The notes below the pieces were generated by a model. That model saw nothing but the letters and a program-made list of their open reading frames with translations. It was not told the origin of the DNA and did no database searches. DNA of 64,000 nt, taken from NCBI GenBank assembly GCA_964016885.1, contig OZ024746.1, forward strand, positions 101,370,001 to 101,434,000, read 5' to 3'. The translations under genes were made by a program, and so were the position numbers. Below are positions 1 through 14,097 of the stretch, in pieces. Numbering within the stretch: position 1 is the first letter of the stretch; each line of letters opens with the position of its first letter. Origin of the DNA: Eledone cirrhosa (lineage: Eukaryota).

Positions 1-706
1 CCAACTATCTTGCTCGGGGTCTACCCCTGGGTCTCCTGCCAATTGGTTTGGCCTGTAAAATCTGTCCAGTGATTCTTTCCTGAGACATTCTAACCACATG
101 CCCATAGTATTGGAGCTGTGATTTCTCAATTGGAAAAACTAGCAGCTCTACCTGGAGTGATTCTCTGATCTCCCAGCCACACACTCTGTCCAGTAACATT
201 ACTCCAAAGACCCTTTGGAGGAATCCCATTTCGGCCGCTTGTATTTGTGATCATATTCTTTCAGTAATTACCCAAGATTCATAACCATAGGTAAGGGTTG
301 GCATGAATACCGAACTGAAGACAGCACTGCACCAGCTCCTGCAATTCTTGCACTTAATTCAGTCTCCTGCCTTCTATAACTCATAAATATGGCCCTGAGA
401 TACTTGAACGTCTCCACCTGCTTCAGTGGAACACCAATCACATTGTGCACTGTGCAGGCTTCTTTGAAAAGACAAGTGTCTCAGTCTTCACATAGCTGAT
501 TTTCATTCCAGCCATGTCGCACTTGGCATCAAACCTATCAAGTGCATATCATCTACCAATTCCAGCCGATTGATTCTACACTTGCCAGTCATGATATTAC
601 TTCCAACCGAACTGTGCATATCAATTCTGTTCGTGAAAATAATGAACAGGAGAGATGACAGCATGCACCATTGACGGAGTCCAACTCCCACATTGAATAA
701 TTTCAA
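1..706 (-). mobile_element. Degraded RTE-type non-LTR retrotransposon fragment (RT C-terminal half)
   Basis: Broken ORFs carry RT-like motifs: FNVGVGLRQWCMLSSLLF, VETFKYL, QYYGHVVRM, RRPRGRPRAR. Confidence 0.85.
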
Positions 707-1284
707 TTAGTACCATTTATAGATAACTAGATGGTGCTTAGTTGACTGCTCAGCTCCTCTCTGGGTGATAAAATACGAGATAAGTTTTGTAGAATGGATA
801 TTAAAAATGATGCTATGATATCTTGATGTTATATTTTCTATTAAATAACTTTTTGTATGTTAATCTCATTTAGAAATCATTAATCTCACTTTGAGATGAC
901 GTGCTCATTTAGAATTACAAATATTATAGTGCTCTTTTCTTTTATGAAGCCCAGTGCCTTAACAACTTTTATTTTATTGACTACATTGTACTAGTGGTAC
1001 AATGATCTTACTTTATTGACTACATTGTACTAGTGGTACAATGATTAAGAACCTGCAAATAGAAGATATGAAACTCAATACTGCCTAAGATTTAGACCAC
1101 AGCTTTACTAGTTGAGATAATTTTACATAATCTAATGTCTACATACAATAGGTTTAGTAAAGACTACTGATCCTCCTCATAAAAGACTGACATAAAAGTT
1201 AAAATCTAATATTTCTTTACATAAATACACACATGCACTAAATAATGAAATAATAAACCTCACACATTTATTGGGTTTCTATAT

Positions 1285-1420
1285 GTACAATGTATATATT
1301 TCTATATATACAATGTTGGTATATATTTCTATATACACAGTGTATATATTTCTATATATACAATGCTGGTATATATTTCTATATACACAGTGTATATATT
1401 TCTATATATACAATGTTGGT
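1285..1420. repeat. AT-rich minisatellite (~50 bp unit), resuming near 1995-2030
   Basis: Repeated tatatatttctatatatacaatgttgg / tatatatttctatatacacagtg. Confidence 0.7.
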
Positions 1421-1975
1421 ATCATCATCATCATCACTGTTTTACGTCCGTTCTTCCACGCTAGCATGGTTTAGACGGGTTGTCCTGTTGTGGGCAGTGT
1501 CCGGTCGGCTGACCATGCCTTGCTCATACGGGAACTGATTCTTGCTTGATTTCTACAGCTGGATGCCCTTCCTAACACCAACCTCATTTACAGTGAGTGC
1601 TGGGTGCTTTTTTGTCATGACATCTCCATAACCACTTTGCAGTGGGAGGGGAGGGGGCATATTGTCTATATGTTTCAGCTTCAGCTTGTTCCCATGGGGC
1701 TCAGGTCTTCTGTATTACTGCGTGACGCCAGAGGTCATGGTCGTGTGTCATTGGGTAAGGTCGGCTTTTATCACCTCATCCCAGGTCTTCTTGGGTCTCC
1801 CCACTCCGCGGCTTCCAACGAGTTCTAGTGCTCTGCACCTTTTTATGCAGCTGTCATCCTTCATATGCATCACATGTCCATACCAACGTAACCTCCTCTC
1901 CTGCACACAGCATTTGAATCCTCTTTTGCTCAGTCTCTCTCTCAATTCATTTATGCTTTCCCTATTACACACCCA
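1421..1975 (-). mobile_element. RTE LINE 3' fragment with (GAT)n tail
   Basis: ORF 1748-1972 reads ERRLRWYGHVMHM...GRPKKTWDEVIKAD; 3' UTR resembles the 53737-55393 copy; (ATC)n on + at 1421. Confidence 0.88.
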
Positions 1976-2675
1976 TCAGAGCATGCAGGCTTCATATATA
2001 TTTCTATATATACAGAGTTGGTATATATTCCAGTCTAACAAAGTATATCTTACTATTACACCACATAAGAAGGACAGCTTTAAAATGCAAAAAAGGATCA
2101 CTTGACTAATTAATTGAATACCAGTAAATTACATTTACAAATCAGCTGAGCATAGATAGGGTCTTCTCTGTAGCATATAACATCCCACTCCTTTCTCTCA
2201 TATATAGTACCCCACCCCTTTCTCTCATGTATAGCACGCCACCCATTTCTCTCATATATAGTACGCCCTTTTCTCTCATACTGATATATAACACCCCACC
2301 TCCCCACATGGAATTATATTGATTTCTAATTTAGGCAAATTTGGGAGGACAAAATTGATTAAATCAACCCCAGTTTGTTACTGGTACTTCATTTTATTGA
2401 CCTCGTAAGGATGAAAGTTAAAGTTGACCTTGGTGGGATTTGAACTCAGAATGTAAACAACCAGAAGAAATACCACGGTACTTTATCTGACACTCTATCA
2501 ATTCTGTCCACCATCCTCTGGTGTCATGCAGTAATACAGAAGGCCTGACCCCCCACAGGTACAAGCTGAAGCTGAAGCACATAGACAATATGCTCCCATC
2601 CCCTCCCACTGCAAAGTGGTTGTGGAGGTGTCATGACAAAAGAGCACCCAGACCACACTGTAAAGTGGATGTGTA

Positions 2676-3925
2676 GGTGGGCCACATTGCTCTTGTCAGT
2701 GGGCCACATTGCTATGCAGTGTCTTGTCAGTGGGCCACATTGCTCTTGTCAGTGGGCCACATTGCTCTTGTCAGTGGGCCACATTGCTATGCAGTGTCCC
2801 GTCAGTGGGCCACATTGCTATGCAGTGTCTTGTCAGTGGGCCACATTGCTATGCAGTGTCTTGTCAGTGGACCACATTGCTACACAGTGTCCCGTCAGTG
2901 GGCCACATTGCTATGCAGTGTCTTGTCAGTGAGCCACATTGCTATGCAGTGTCTTGTCAGTGGGCCACATTGCTACACAGTGTCTTGTCAGTGGACCACA
3001 TTGCTATGCAGTGTCTTGTCAGTGGGCCACATTGCTATGCAGTGTCCCGTCAGTGGGCCACATTGCTACACAGTGTCTTGTCAGTGAGCCACATTGCTAT
3101 GCAGTGTCTTGTCAGTGGGCCACATTGCTATGCAGTGTCCCGTCAGTGGGCCACATTGCTACACAGTGTCCCGTCAGTGGGCCACATTGCTATGCAGTGT
3201 CTTGTCAGTGGGCCACATTGCTATGCAGTGTCCCGTCAGTGGGCCACATTGCTATGCAGTGTCTTGTCAGTGGGCCACATTGCTATGCAGTGTCCCGTCA
3301 GTGGGCCACATTGCTATGCAGTGTCCCGTCAGTGGGCCACATTGCTACACAGTGTCCCATCAGTGGGCCACATTGCTATGCAGTGTCTTGTCAGTGGGCC
3401 ACATTGCTATGCAGTGTCCCGTCAGTGAGCCACATTGCTATGCAGTGTCCCGTCAGTGAGCCACATTGCTATGCAGTGTTTTGTCAGTGGGCCACATTGC
3501 TATGCAGTGTCCCGTCAGTGGGCCACATTGCTATGCAGTGTCCCGTCAGTGGGCCACATTGCTATGCAGTGTCCCGTCAGTGGGCCACATTGCTATGCAG
3601 TGTCCCGTCAGTGGGCCACATTGCTATGCAGTATCCCGTCAGTGGGCCACATTGCTATGCAGTGTCCCGTCAGTGGGCCACATTGCTACACAGTGTCCCG
3701 TCAGTGGGCCACATTGCTACACAGTGTCCCGTCAGTGGGCCACATTGCTATGCAGTGTCCCGTCAGTGGGCCACATTGCTATGCAGTGTCCCGTCAGTAG
3801 GCCACATTGCTATGCAGTGTCCCATCAGTGGGCCACATTGCTATGCAGTGTCCCGTCAGTGAGCCACATTGCTATGCAGTGTCTTGTCAGTGGGCCACAT
3901 AGCTATGCAGTGTCCCGTCAGCGGG
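2676..3925. repeat. 31-bp minisatellite, ~40 copies
   Basis: Unit gtcagtgggccacattgctatgcagtgtccc; explains the repetitive ORFs here. Confidence 0.97.
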
Positions 3926-4643
3926 CCATGATATCAAATAAGGAATGACAACATATGTAAAAACGAAAACAGTAATATGATTAAAATACTGATACTGTGA
4001 CAAAACCCCGACACCTGGCGGAGTATTTAGATCAGGGTTGCCATTTGTTCAATGAAAAACTTTACTTCCAATAAAACTGAACACTTTTAATATAGAAAAA
4101 TATGTAAACATTGATTATTATGAAATACAGTCACAGATGTTTTACTACCAGACAGCTAACTCAAATGGAAGATTTTGAGGATGAAATGAAATAACTTTAT
4201 GTCAGACACACTGACTTGATTTTGGTAAGTCTGGGTCGTTCCACATCCCTGCCATACATATACTATGTATGTACGTATATACACTTACACACACAGTCTC
4301 CTTGACCTCGATGTCTGACTATTCTCTCTGTCTGAGTTTGATTGTTTGTTACTGTCACATTAAAACATTAAGTTCAACTGAGTCTTGTGGCCAGACATGT
4401 TCTCTGGTCGGTTTTATAATCAGGGATTACTTAGCCTAAGACTGAAACCTGTTGACGGACCGCTGTTCTATAACATAATTGTAATGCTACATAGTTGCTT
4501 CAACTGCTAGAATTAACAGTCAAATTACCCTAATAAAAATTGGAGATGAATATAGTGGATAAAATATTTCTGCTATATGTGAGAGAGAAGATATTTACAG
4601 CAGCTAGAATGTTAGTTGATCAATGACAACAAAAACATAAGTA

Positions 4644-4830
4644 ATAATTGTTTCTACTTTTGGCACAAGGCCACCAAATTACCCAGTCTATTACTGGTAC
4701 TTTATTTTATCGACCCCGTAAGGATGAAAGGCGAAGTTAACCTCGGCGGGATTTGAACTCAGAATGGCAAGGGCCGTAACTCTATGCGTCAACACATGGC
4801 GTCCGACCCTCTCCCGATACTGCCAATCCA
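4644..4830 (-). mobile_element. tRNA-derived SINE (family A)
   Basis: Minus strand has B-box GAGTTCAAATCCC and a gcctttcatccttacggggtcgataaaat core; about 10 copies in the window. Confidence 0.85.
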
Positions 4831-5435
4831 CGTTAATAATAATTACACATTCACAATGATGATGTTCAGTTACATGATTTAAGTTAAAACATCTTAACAT
4901 AATCTCAAGTCAATTGAAATGTTAGCAACTGGTCAAGCAATAAGAGAAATATGAGCAATATATATTTACCTAGCTTTATATGTGTGTCAATGTCTACATG
5001 TATGTGTGTGTGTGTGTGCACCAAAACCACTTGGCAATGCATGTAGGGTATGTTTTTCACATGGTATGTAGGGTATGGAAAGAATTTTTTCTGAATTCAC
5101 CAGTTTCAACAATGACATTCTTTTCTAATGATTAAAAAAAAAACAGAAATATATAGCATTTTATTATTGTTAAACATTTACAGTGGCATTTATCTAAGAT
5201 CTTATTGTCCTTTTCTGGTTTGCTTAAGTCACTCAACACTTTTGATGACCTTCTTACAAAAGAAACATTCAGTTAACTGAAATCTGCACTAATACTATAA
5301 AGGCTTTTAAGTATGAAGTACTTAGTAGTCATAAAACTAGTGTAGCCTAAAAGATGGAACCTTCTACTGATTGTTTGCTCAAATACCTCTTCATATTATT
5401 ATAGTCACTATGTCTGTTTGTAGAAATACATATAT

Positions 5436-5555
5436 ATATATGTCTTTCTCTCATTCTCTCTCTCTCTGAGGCCATGCTGGGGCACCACCATTATATATAT
5501 ATGTCTTTCTCTCATTCTCTCTCTCTCTGAGGCCATGCTAGGGCAACACAATTAT
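5436..5555. repeat. ~61-bp tandem repeat (2 units; third unit at ~6885-6940)
   Basis: atatgtctttctctcattctctctc...gaggccatgctggggcaccaccattat repeated. Confidence 0.85.
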
Positions 5556-5564
5556 ATATATATA

Positions 5565-6002
5565 CAGTGGCAGACTGGGTCTAAAAATATTGGTTGCCAG
5601 GAGATAAAGGGAGCCCACCCATATATAGAATGCTATCGTTTAATTTTTATAATGAATAAATAACATTTTCAAAAAATACATAAGTGAAAACATAACAGCG
5701 CAATCAAATTTTTGCGGGAAAAAATGCGTATCTTTTTACTAACTATAGTGTAATATATTACTAACTATAGTGTAATATACTATATATTACTAACTATAGT
5801 GTAATATACTGTACATAGTACTGGCAGTATACAGTAATACTAAATGTTAATACAATGTTATGATTGAATTTTTAAATAACTGTGAATGTATAGCATACTG
5901 TTATTTAGAGTAGAATATGCACATATATATATACACACATATATATATACACATATATACATATATATACATATATATATATATACACATATACACATAT
6001 AC

Positions 6003-6035
<33 letters not shown>

Positions 6036-6052
6036 TATATACACATATACAC

Positions 6053-6124
<72 letters not shown>

Positions 6125-6874
6125 ATATATATGCAAGTGACCGATCTTACTTCTCCAATAAAAAATATACACATCCAGAGACTTTCAATAATTGTTTCTA
6201 CTTTTGGCACAAGGCCAGCAATTATCCCAGTACATTACTGGTACTTTATTTTATCGACCCCCGTAAGGATGAAAGGCAAAGTTAACCTCGGCGGGATTTG
6301 AACTCAGACCATAAAGGGCCGTAACTCTTTGCTATAAAGCATGGTGTCCATGACCTTTGGTCTTTCACACTCACTCAATATAAATCGGGCTGTGGTGGGT
6401 GTATGTGTGTATATGTACATGTGTATATATAGATTTATATACTGTATATGTATACATACTTGTTTTCAACTTGTACAAACATTACTTGGTGACTCATTCT
6501 CCCTAGGGACTTTAGACTGAAGAACTGCCACTAATTGATTTTACATGTTTTTAACCCATTGATATAAAAATTATTTGGCCAGTAGCTCCTGTGTATATAT
6601 ATATATATATATATATTTGTGTGTGTTCATGCATGCATACAGTAAGCCAGTGATTCTAACTAATATATTTTGGTTTCTATTAATTCCCTATTAATTCTAT
6701 TAATTGATCAAATGCTTTGTTTATTTGTTTATCTATTTTAAAAAAAAATGTTATTCTTTCTCTAAGACATTTAAAAAAAGATATTTTTATCAAAGCAAAG
6801 CATTGGCCCCTAAAATACGACAGTGGGCCCCTGGAGCCCACTTGCCATTGGACAACCTGGCCAATCTGCCACTA
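5565..6874. mobile_element. Non-autonomous DNA transposon (hAT-like TIRs) with nested SINE and microsatellite
   Basis: Left end CAGTGGCAGACTGG, right end CCAATCTGCCACTA (12/14 inverted match); flanked by (TA)n; interrupts the 61-bp repeat. Confidence 0.7.
6188..6350 (-). mobile_element. tRNA-derived SINE (family A)
   Basis: Near-identical to 4644-4830. Confidence 0.85.
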
Positions 6875-7489
6875 TATATATGTATATATGTCTTTCTCCC
6901 ATTCTCTCTCTCTGAGGCCATGCTGGGGCACCACCATTATATATATTGACTTACACAGCAGTCTTGAAAGCATTGTAATGATGTTAAAATATAAATGGGT
7001 TAAAAGCCCAGACAATACATATTGTGAAATAAAAGATGGTTGTTATTCAACATTTTCTGTCTTAAAAGACATTCCTCAGTGAATCAACATAAGAATCTTT
7101 ATGATGCCAGAAATTGTGGTTTTGTGCTAGAAGTGATAAATCAATAGAAACCATTCATTTTTTCTATTAGTTTTCAGAAGTTCAAGGTAGAAAATATCAT
7201 GCTGGAAAAATTGGCATGGTCTCAGGGTTGAAGCCCGAGGTAGAGTGAAAGTAGCAGAGGCAGTCGATAATAACATGTACTCTCTAGTATAGCCCTGGGT
7301 CAGTTTTAGTAGCACATTTAATGAGTTTAATACAAGAAATACATGGGTTTTTTCTATGAAGAATTTTCAAAAGTTAGAGTAAAAATGTAGTTTATAGTAA
7401 ATTATACTTCTGTTAATGAGAGAAATGTTATCTATGACATATTATCTAGAGAGTAATGATAGACATTGTTTTAGTTAGAAACATTCCAG

Positions 7490-7830
7490 AACCACATCAT
7501 GAGACTTGTGACTGGCAAGCGGCTCAGCGACCGTATCTGTATCAGTGAGCTGGTCAACATTACCAAACTTAGACCAATTACATCTATTGTCAAGTCAAGA
7601 GTACTCAAACTATACGGTCATATAAAAAGATCAACTCGTGGTGTGAATAGGTTATGTTTGGAAGGAAGGTTGGCTGGTAAGAGAAGCAGAGGCCGACAGC
7701 CAAAACATTGGCTTGATAATGTCAACTTATGAACTGGACTTGATCTTTAAACTCTGCTGCTGGTGATGGAACTTTGTGGAGAGAGATATCACATGTTGAT
7801 GCGCAGTCTGCAACTGGTGGAGTTTAGCAT
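7490..7830 (+). mobile_element. RTE-like LINE 3' remnant
   Basis: ORF with LKLYGHIKR...GKRSRGRQPKHWLDN. Confidence 0.7.
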
Positions 7831-8169
7831 CACAAGAGAGAGTTAGAAACTGCTAAACGGTGTATCTTACAGAACAATAGATGCCTATAACCTAATTCCA
7901 ACTTTTAGAAGACAGCTTTGTTTAAGAATTCTTTGATTTCCATTCAATATATGGTAGATCAATTGATTTTTATGTTTGTCAAAATCTATTTCAAATGTTG
8001 TAGCACCAATGTTTGCCTCCTAACCAACCAATATTTCATTTTTTTTTCATCTTAGCAAGTTTGTTTTGTAAGCCTTTTAACAAAATATTGGCTATTGACC
8101 TAATTTAGTGTATCTTTGAAATAATTGGCATCACTGACAATAAACACACACATTAGTGTATATACTATC

Positions 8170-8733
8170 ATATCATCATTATCATCATCATCTTCGTTTA
8201 ACGTCCATATTCCACGCTCGCATGGGTTTGGACGGGGGTTTTCCCACTTGAGGCAAGAGTGGTTGTCTTGCTCGCATAGGACTGTCTGGCGGGTTTTCTA
8301 CGGCTGGATGCCCTTCCTAACACCAACCACAATTACAGTGTGGAACTGGGAGGTTTTTACTGTGTTACCTACACGACCACATTACAGCGTGGACTGTGTG
8401 TTTTTTTGTCGTGACACCTACACAACCTCATTTGTTTCGGGCTGGATGTTGTGGTACCAACATAACTTTACATTGAAAGGGGTGGTGTGGATGGGGTGGG
8501 GGTAGTGGGACGGGGGTGTATTTTGTTAGAGGTGCCTACTGACTGTAATAGGTTTCATTTTGCACTTAGGTAAGGCGGGTCTTCTCTATTACTGTGTAAC
8601 GCCAAAGATCTCAGTCCAGTGACATTGTCTTGGAGAGGTGTAAGTGTGTGAAGTCGGAATTTATCAAGTCGTCCCAGGTTTTTCTGGGTCTGCCTACTCC
8701 GTGGCTACCATCTATTTTTATTGCCCTGCACTT
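8170..8733 (-). mobile_element. RTE LINE 3' fragment
   Basis: Reverse complement closely resembles ~54825-55393. Confidence 0.88.
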
Positions 8734-9673
8734 TTTTTATCATATATATGATATATATGATGATGATATATATATATATAGTAAATATAGTATATATACT
8801 ATTATATATATAGTGTATATACTATATATATATATATATAGTGTATATACTATATATATATATATATAGTGTATATACTATATATATATATATATAGTGT
8901 ATATACTATTATATATATATAACGGCGGCGAAGATTCGAAACCGAATCTGAGCTTTCCCGTCTCTGGGACAAGCAGTGGTAAGTTGTTTATGCTCAAGAG
9001 ACTAACCCCTTGGGAGAGGCTAAACACAGGTCAGAGGTGTTTACGCCTGACAGAAAATAGGTCAGAGGATATATCCATCTTTCTGACTTGTTTACGCTTG
9101 GCAAACTAATCCCTTGGGAGGCTAACCAAAGTTCAGAGGATATATCTATCCTTCTAACTTCAACTCTTATAAATACAGCGGTTGTTTACGCCTCGAATAG
9201 AAAAGAAGTGATATACAGACAAGACAAGTCGCATTTACAAGCTTTAGTCACGAAAAACCAATCTGCCACTTATTCTCACCTTCCAGGCTGATCGCTAACT
9301 CCTGCAATACAAATAAGTAAATATACTGATACGCCGCACACACGCATTCACAGTGAGTTCACACTGTTTGTATTTTTACACACACCATTTCTGTTTATAC
9401 ATATTGTATCTTTCTGATACAGTACAAATTATATTATAATCGTATTCTGTGATACTTGAATTTACGTGGCTCGAAGAGCCACCAAATTATTGTATGAATG
9501 TTTTGTGTTATTGATTTTATCATTCAATATTCAAATTGAATATTGTTATAATAAAATAAACTTTGTAACAACACAATCCTGGTATTTTTCTTTACATCGA
9601 AACCACCATACCAACAGTTACATCCATCCACTTATCGTTACAACCACACATAATATTACGTTACATATATATA

Positions 9674-10213
9674 GTGTACTCTTGTTGCCCATCTATGAAG
9701 TCCAAAATCACCAGCTCAAACCGGACGAGAATAAATCCAGGATGCAGTTGCAGGAAGCCGGACAAATGCCCATTGCAGGGTAGATGTAACACTAAATCTG
9801 TCGTTTATGAGGCTACGATAACACCAGTAATCAACAACCAGCCAGCCAGGAGTGAGCGATATGTCGGTATGACCCAGGACAGGTTTAAAACCAGATTTTA
9901 CTCACATGTCGCTTCTTTTAAGCACTCCGATAAACGAACATCAATGGCCCTCGCAAGTAAGGTGTGGGAACTCAAGGATAGTAACATCCCGTACTCTATT
10001 GATTGGTCTATATTAGACCATTCGAGGGAGTACCAAAGGGGCACAAAGAATTGTTCTTTGTGTACCACAGAAAAGTATAGGATTTTGCTAAACTTGAGAG
10101 ACACTTCCGCTTGCCTTAATTCAAAGACTGAGATCTTCAGATGCTGTCCTCATCTGAGACCGCACCTGATCTGTAACTGGATTGACACTCCTATGAGAAA
10201 TCAACCGCCTTGA
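9674..10213 (+). mobile_element. Penelope-like element, 5'-truncated; GIY-YIG endonuclease coding region
   Basis: CSCRKPDKCPLQGRCNTKSVVYEA...YVGMTQDRFKTRFYSH...CSLCTTEK...LNSKTE, the typical PLE endonuclease C-terminus. Confidence 0.9.
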
Positions 10214-10389
10214 ACTCCTCTCCCGCTCTTTACTTCTGCTACGGCTTTTATTTTACTGTTTCTACGTTCTGTACTCTTGTATACTTACATTTATTATATA
10301 TTTTTTTCTCCCTTACCTCCCCTTATATTTTACCTTCTCCTATGCCCCCCCCTACTTATATTCTTTTTGCCTTGCCCTCCACATACCTA

Positions 10390-10414
10390 TGTGTATGTGT
10401 ATGTATATTTGTGT

Positions 10415-10468
<54 letters not shown>

Positions 10469-10854
10469 ATATATATACATATAGATATGTGTGTGTATGT
10501 GTATGTGTGTATGTATATATGTTTATACGTATGTGTGTGTGTGCCTGTGTGTATGTATTTATATGTGTATGTATTTGTGTGTGTGTGTGTGTATATATGT
10601 GTATGTGTGGATAAGCCAGGTTTCTCTCATCCTGAAGATTGTAGGAAAAATTTTTTTTGCTGTTAAGAAACCCTTGGTAAATGGAATAATTGCCTTATGT
10701 TGCTTTAATACTTTACTACTATATATACGTATATGTAAGGTCCTTATGATTTATCTAAGATTGAGTTTTACATACACACACGCATATACGTGTGTGTATG
10801 CGTATGCATGTGTGCGTGCGTGGTTGTGTGTATGTGTGTATATGTGTATATGCA

Positions 10855-10899
<45 letters not shown>

Positions 10900-10952
10900 A
10901 TATGTGTGTGTGTACATATGTGCGTGTGTATATATTGATAATTGTATATGTG

Positions 10953-11002
<50 letters not shown>

Positions 11003-11394
11003 TGTTCTGTTGTGCGTGTTTATGATATATACGTATTTGTATGTGTATAATTGTTTAGCTATGTATGTATATGTGTGTGTATGTGTACGTGTATATATAT
11101 GTGTGTGTGTACGTTTGTATTTATTTATATATATGTGTGTGTATATGTATGCATATATGTGTGTGTGTGCATATAGTTGTATACACGTGTGTGTGTGTAT
11201 AGATTGTACACTTGTGCGTGGTTTTGCATGTATGTGTATGTATGCGTTTTTGTATTTGTATTTGAAATTTTTTTTATGTGTGAGAGTGTGTGAATGCGTT
11301 GACTATTTCGTGCGTATGTATATGTGCTTTTGTGTGTGTTTCTTACCACGCTTGTCTGTCCAGTTTGCTGCCTTATGTAACGGTCTCAATGTTT

Positions 11395-11433
<39 letters not shown>

Positions 11434-11529
11434 CCTATATTTATTTGCGTGTGTGAATATGTAGAGGAGTGCATTTATGTATGTGTATGCATGTACGTGT
11501 GTATATATGTTTGATTGTGTGAATGTATG

Positions 11530-11599
<70 letters not shown>

Positions 11600-11807
11600 G
11601 GTATGGCTATGTGTACGTATGTGTATGCGTGTACGCACGCGTATATATATATATATGTATGTATATATATGCGTGTATATATGTGTGTGTGTGTGTGTGT
11701 ATATGTGTGTGTATATGTGTGTGTATATATGCATGTGTGTGTGTGTGTATGTGTGTGTGTATGTGTGTGTGTATATATATATATGTATGCGTGTGTGTGT
11801 GTAGATA

Positions 11808-11891
<84 letters not shown>

Positions 11892-12376
11892 AATGTTTGT
11901 ATGTTTGTTCTTAGGGGAACAAAGGCAGACAGATTTCTGTATTCAGATTGGAGCCAATCCTTATCATTAGGTTTCTCTTTAGCTTACAGGTGTCTGTAAG
12001 ATCAGTATGGGGTCAGTCATGGTAGATAGATTTGGAGGAAGGGGAGATTCCTTAAAAGCTAAATTCTTAAAGGTTCTAGTAAATTGACGAAGGTTTAGGG
12101 AATTCTGTAGACATTTTCTAAGTATAATCTAACTCACGAGACACTTGCACGCACACACATGTGTATGGGAGAAATATATTTATATTTGTATACGCGTGCG
12201 TGCGTGCGCGCATACACATGCGTGTGTGTGTGTGTGTGTGTGTATGTATGTGTTTGTATACATATACAGATTCTCATCTATATTAAAACTTTCATGCTCT
12301 GCGGTGTACTGAGTGCCTTGCTTACTGTGGCTGCCTCCGATTCAACCCGGAATAACGTGTGTGTGTATGCGTGTGT

Positions 12377-12410
<34 letters not shown>
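10390..12410. repeat. Extended (TG)n/(TA)n microsatellite-rich region
   Basis: Long perfect and degenerate dinucleotide runs. Confidence 0.95.
10624..10686 (+). ncRNA. Type I hammerhead ribozyme, degenerate (Penelope 3' repeat copy 1)
   Basis: CUGAAGA (10632-10638)...GAAAC CCUUG GUA AAUGGAA; stems imperfect; homologous to 12556-12615. Confidence 0.55.
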
Positions 12411-12413
<3 letters not shown>

Positions 12414-12555
12414 TTTATGTTTTTTCGTGTATGTGTGGTTGTATGTGTAGTCTTATTTTATTTTTCCTTTCCTTCTTCCTTCTCCAGCCTCACTTTCATA
12501 TAGCTTGCTTTTTTTGGTTTTTTAAGATCCAAATTCAATAAACAAACCAGGATTT

Positions 12556-12615
12556 TTTCATTCTGAGGATTGAAAGCAAAACCTTTTGCTTTTAAGAAAC
12601 CACTGGTAAATGGAA
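12556..12615 (+). ncRNA. Type I hammerhead ribozyme (Penelope 3' repeat copy 2)
   Basis: Stem I UUUCAUU/AAUGGAA; core CUGAGGA; 11-bp stem II UUGAAAGCAAA/UUUGCUUUUAA; GAAAC-CACUG-GUA cleavage triplet. Confidence 0.8.
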
Positions 12616-12644
12616 TAATTGCCTTATGTTGTTTATTACATAAT

Positions 12645-12903
12645 AATATATATATATATATATAGTGTATATACTATTATATATATATATATAGTGTATA
12701 TACTATTATATATATATATATAGTGTATATACTATATATATATATATATAGTGTATATACTATATATATATATAGTGTATATACTCTATATATATATATA
12801 TAGTGTATATACTATATATATATATAGTGTATATACTATATATATATATATAGTGTATATACTATATATATATATATAGTGTATATACTATTATATATAT
12901 ATA
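12645..12903. repeat. (TATATATAGTGTATATAC)-type AT minisatellite; also at 8767-8920 and 13822-14030
   Basis: Directly visible repeats. Confidence 0.9.
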
Positions 12904-12904
12904 G

Positions 12905-13815
12905 ACCTAGAGAAAGCCTTTGATAGGGTATCCCGATCTGTCATCTGGTGGTCCCTAAGGAAACTAGGTGTTGAGGAATGGCTTGTGAGGACAGTGCAAA
13001 CTTTGTACGGAGGTACTCTGAGTAAAGTCAGGGTAGGAATGGAGTTTAGTGAGGAATTCCAGATACAAGGAGTACATCAAGGTTCGGTGCTCAGCCCGCT
13101 CTTGTTCATTATAGTCCTCCAAGCCATAACAGAGGAGTTTAAGATTGGCTGTCCATGGGAACTTCTATATGCTGACGATCTGGTTCTTATAGCAGAATCA
13201 GTAGAGGAGCTAGAGAATAAATTCTGGCTATGGAAACAGCAGTTGGAAGCAAGAGGACGAGAGTGAACCTAGCTAAGACAAAAGTGTTGATGAGTAGAAA
13301 AGAGGACAAAACTCTGATTCCGTCAGGGAAATGGCCATGTTAGATATGCAGAAAAGGATCTGGCATAACTTCTATAAAATGCACACAATGCAGATCCTGG
13401 GTACACAAGAGATGTAGCGGGATAGCAGGCAAACTAACAGGTAGGGAGAAATATGTATGCAGTAGATGTACAGGGAAATTAGACAGTAGAAGTCGCATTG
13501 ATAGACACATTTTTCAAATGCAGGAGGGCGCTATAGAAGTGGTGGATAGCTTCCGGTACCTAAGAGGTCAGATTAGCATGGGAGGAGGGTGTTCCGAGGC
13601 CATAGTATCTAGAATAAGGACGGGTTGGAAGAAGTTTAGGGAGCTGCTTCCTCTGCTGACGAAGAAGGGTTTCTCCCTGCGTACTAAAGGCCGGTTGTAT
13701 GATGCCTGTGTGAGGAGCGCGATGCTGCATGGTAGTGAGACACGGGTAGCAACTGCAGAGGATATGCGACGGCTGGAGAGAAATGAGGCAAGCATGCTCC
13801 GTTGGATGTGCATTG
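12905..13815 (+). mobile_element. RTE LINE internal RT fragment (degraded)
   Basis: DLEKAFDRV, GVHQGSVLSPLLF, LLYADDL, MLHGSET motifs; frameshifted. Confidence 0.9.
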
Positions 13816-14097
13816 TAAATGCTATATATATATATATAGTAAATATAGAGTATATACTATATATATATATATAGTGTATATACTATATATATATATATAT
13901 AGTGTATATAGTGTATATAGTATATATATATAGTGTATATAGTGTATATAGTGTATATACTATATATATATATATATATATATAGTGTATATAGTATATA
14001 TATATAGTGTATATAGTGTATATACTATCATATCTTGTGGAGTTCCCCTCCCTTAGCTCTACATTTCCTTTCATTGACTTCTTATTACATCTTAACA

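Noticed and set aside
2633-3948. Long Cys-rich ORFs and a CRISPR-like look in the 31-bp array
   Set aside because: Head-to-tail tandem repeat without unique spacers; the ORFs simply reflect a stop-poor unit; eukaryotic context with no cas genes.
3996-4475. Solo LTR candidate (TGTGAC...TAACA); similar candidate at ~8918-9575
   Set aside because: No TSD and no second copy or internal domain in the window.
10210-12541. Many YI/CV-rich ORFs (also at 5858-6285, 43389-43825, 52858-53752)
   Set aside because: Translations of (TA)n/(TG)n microsatellites and minisatellites.
8170-13815. Twin-priming inversion linking the two opposite-strand RTE fragments
   Set aside because: The geometry fits, but the 12905 fragment looks like a different subfamily and there is no shared TSD.
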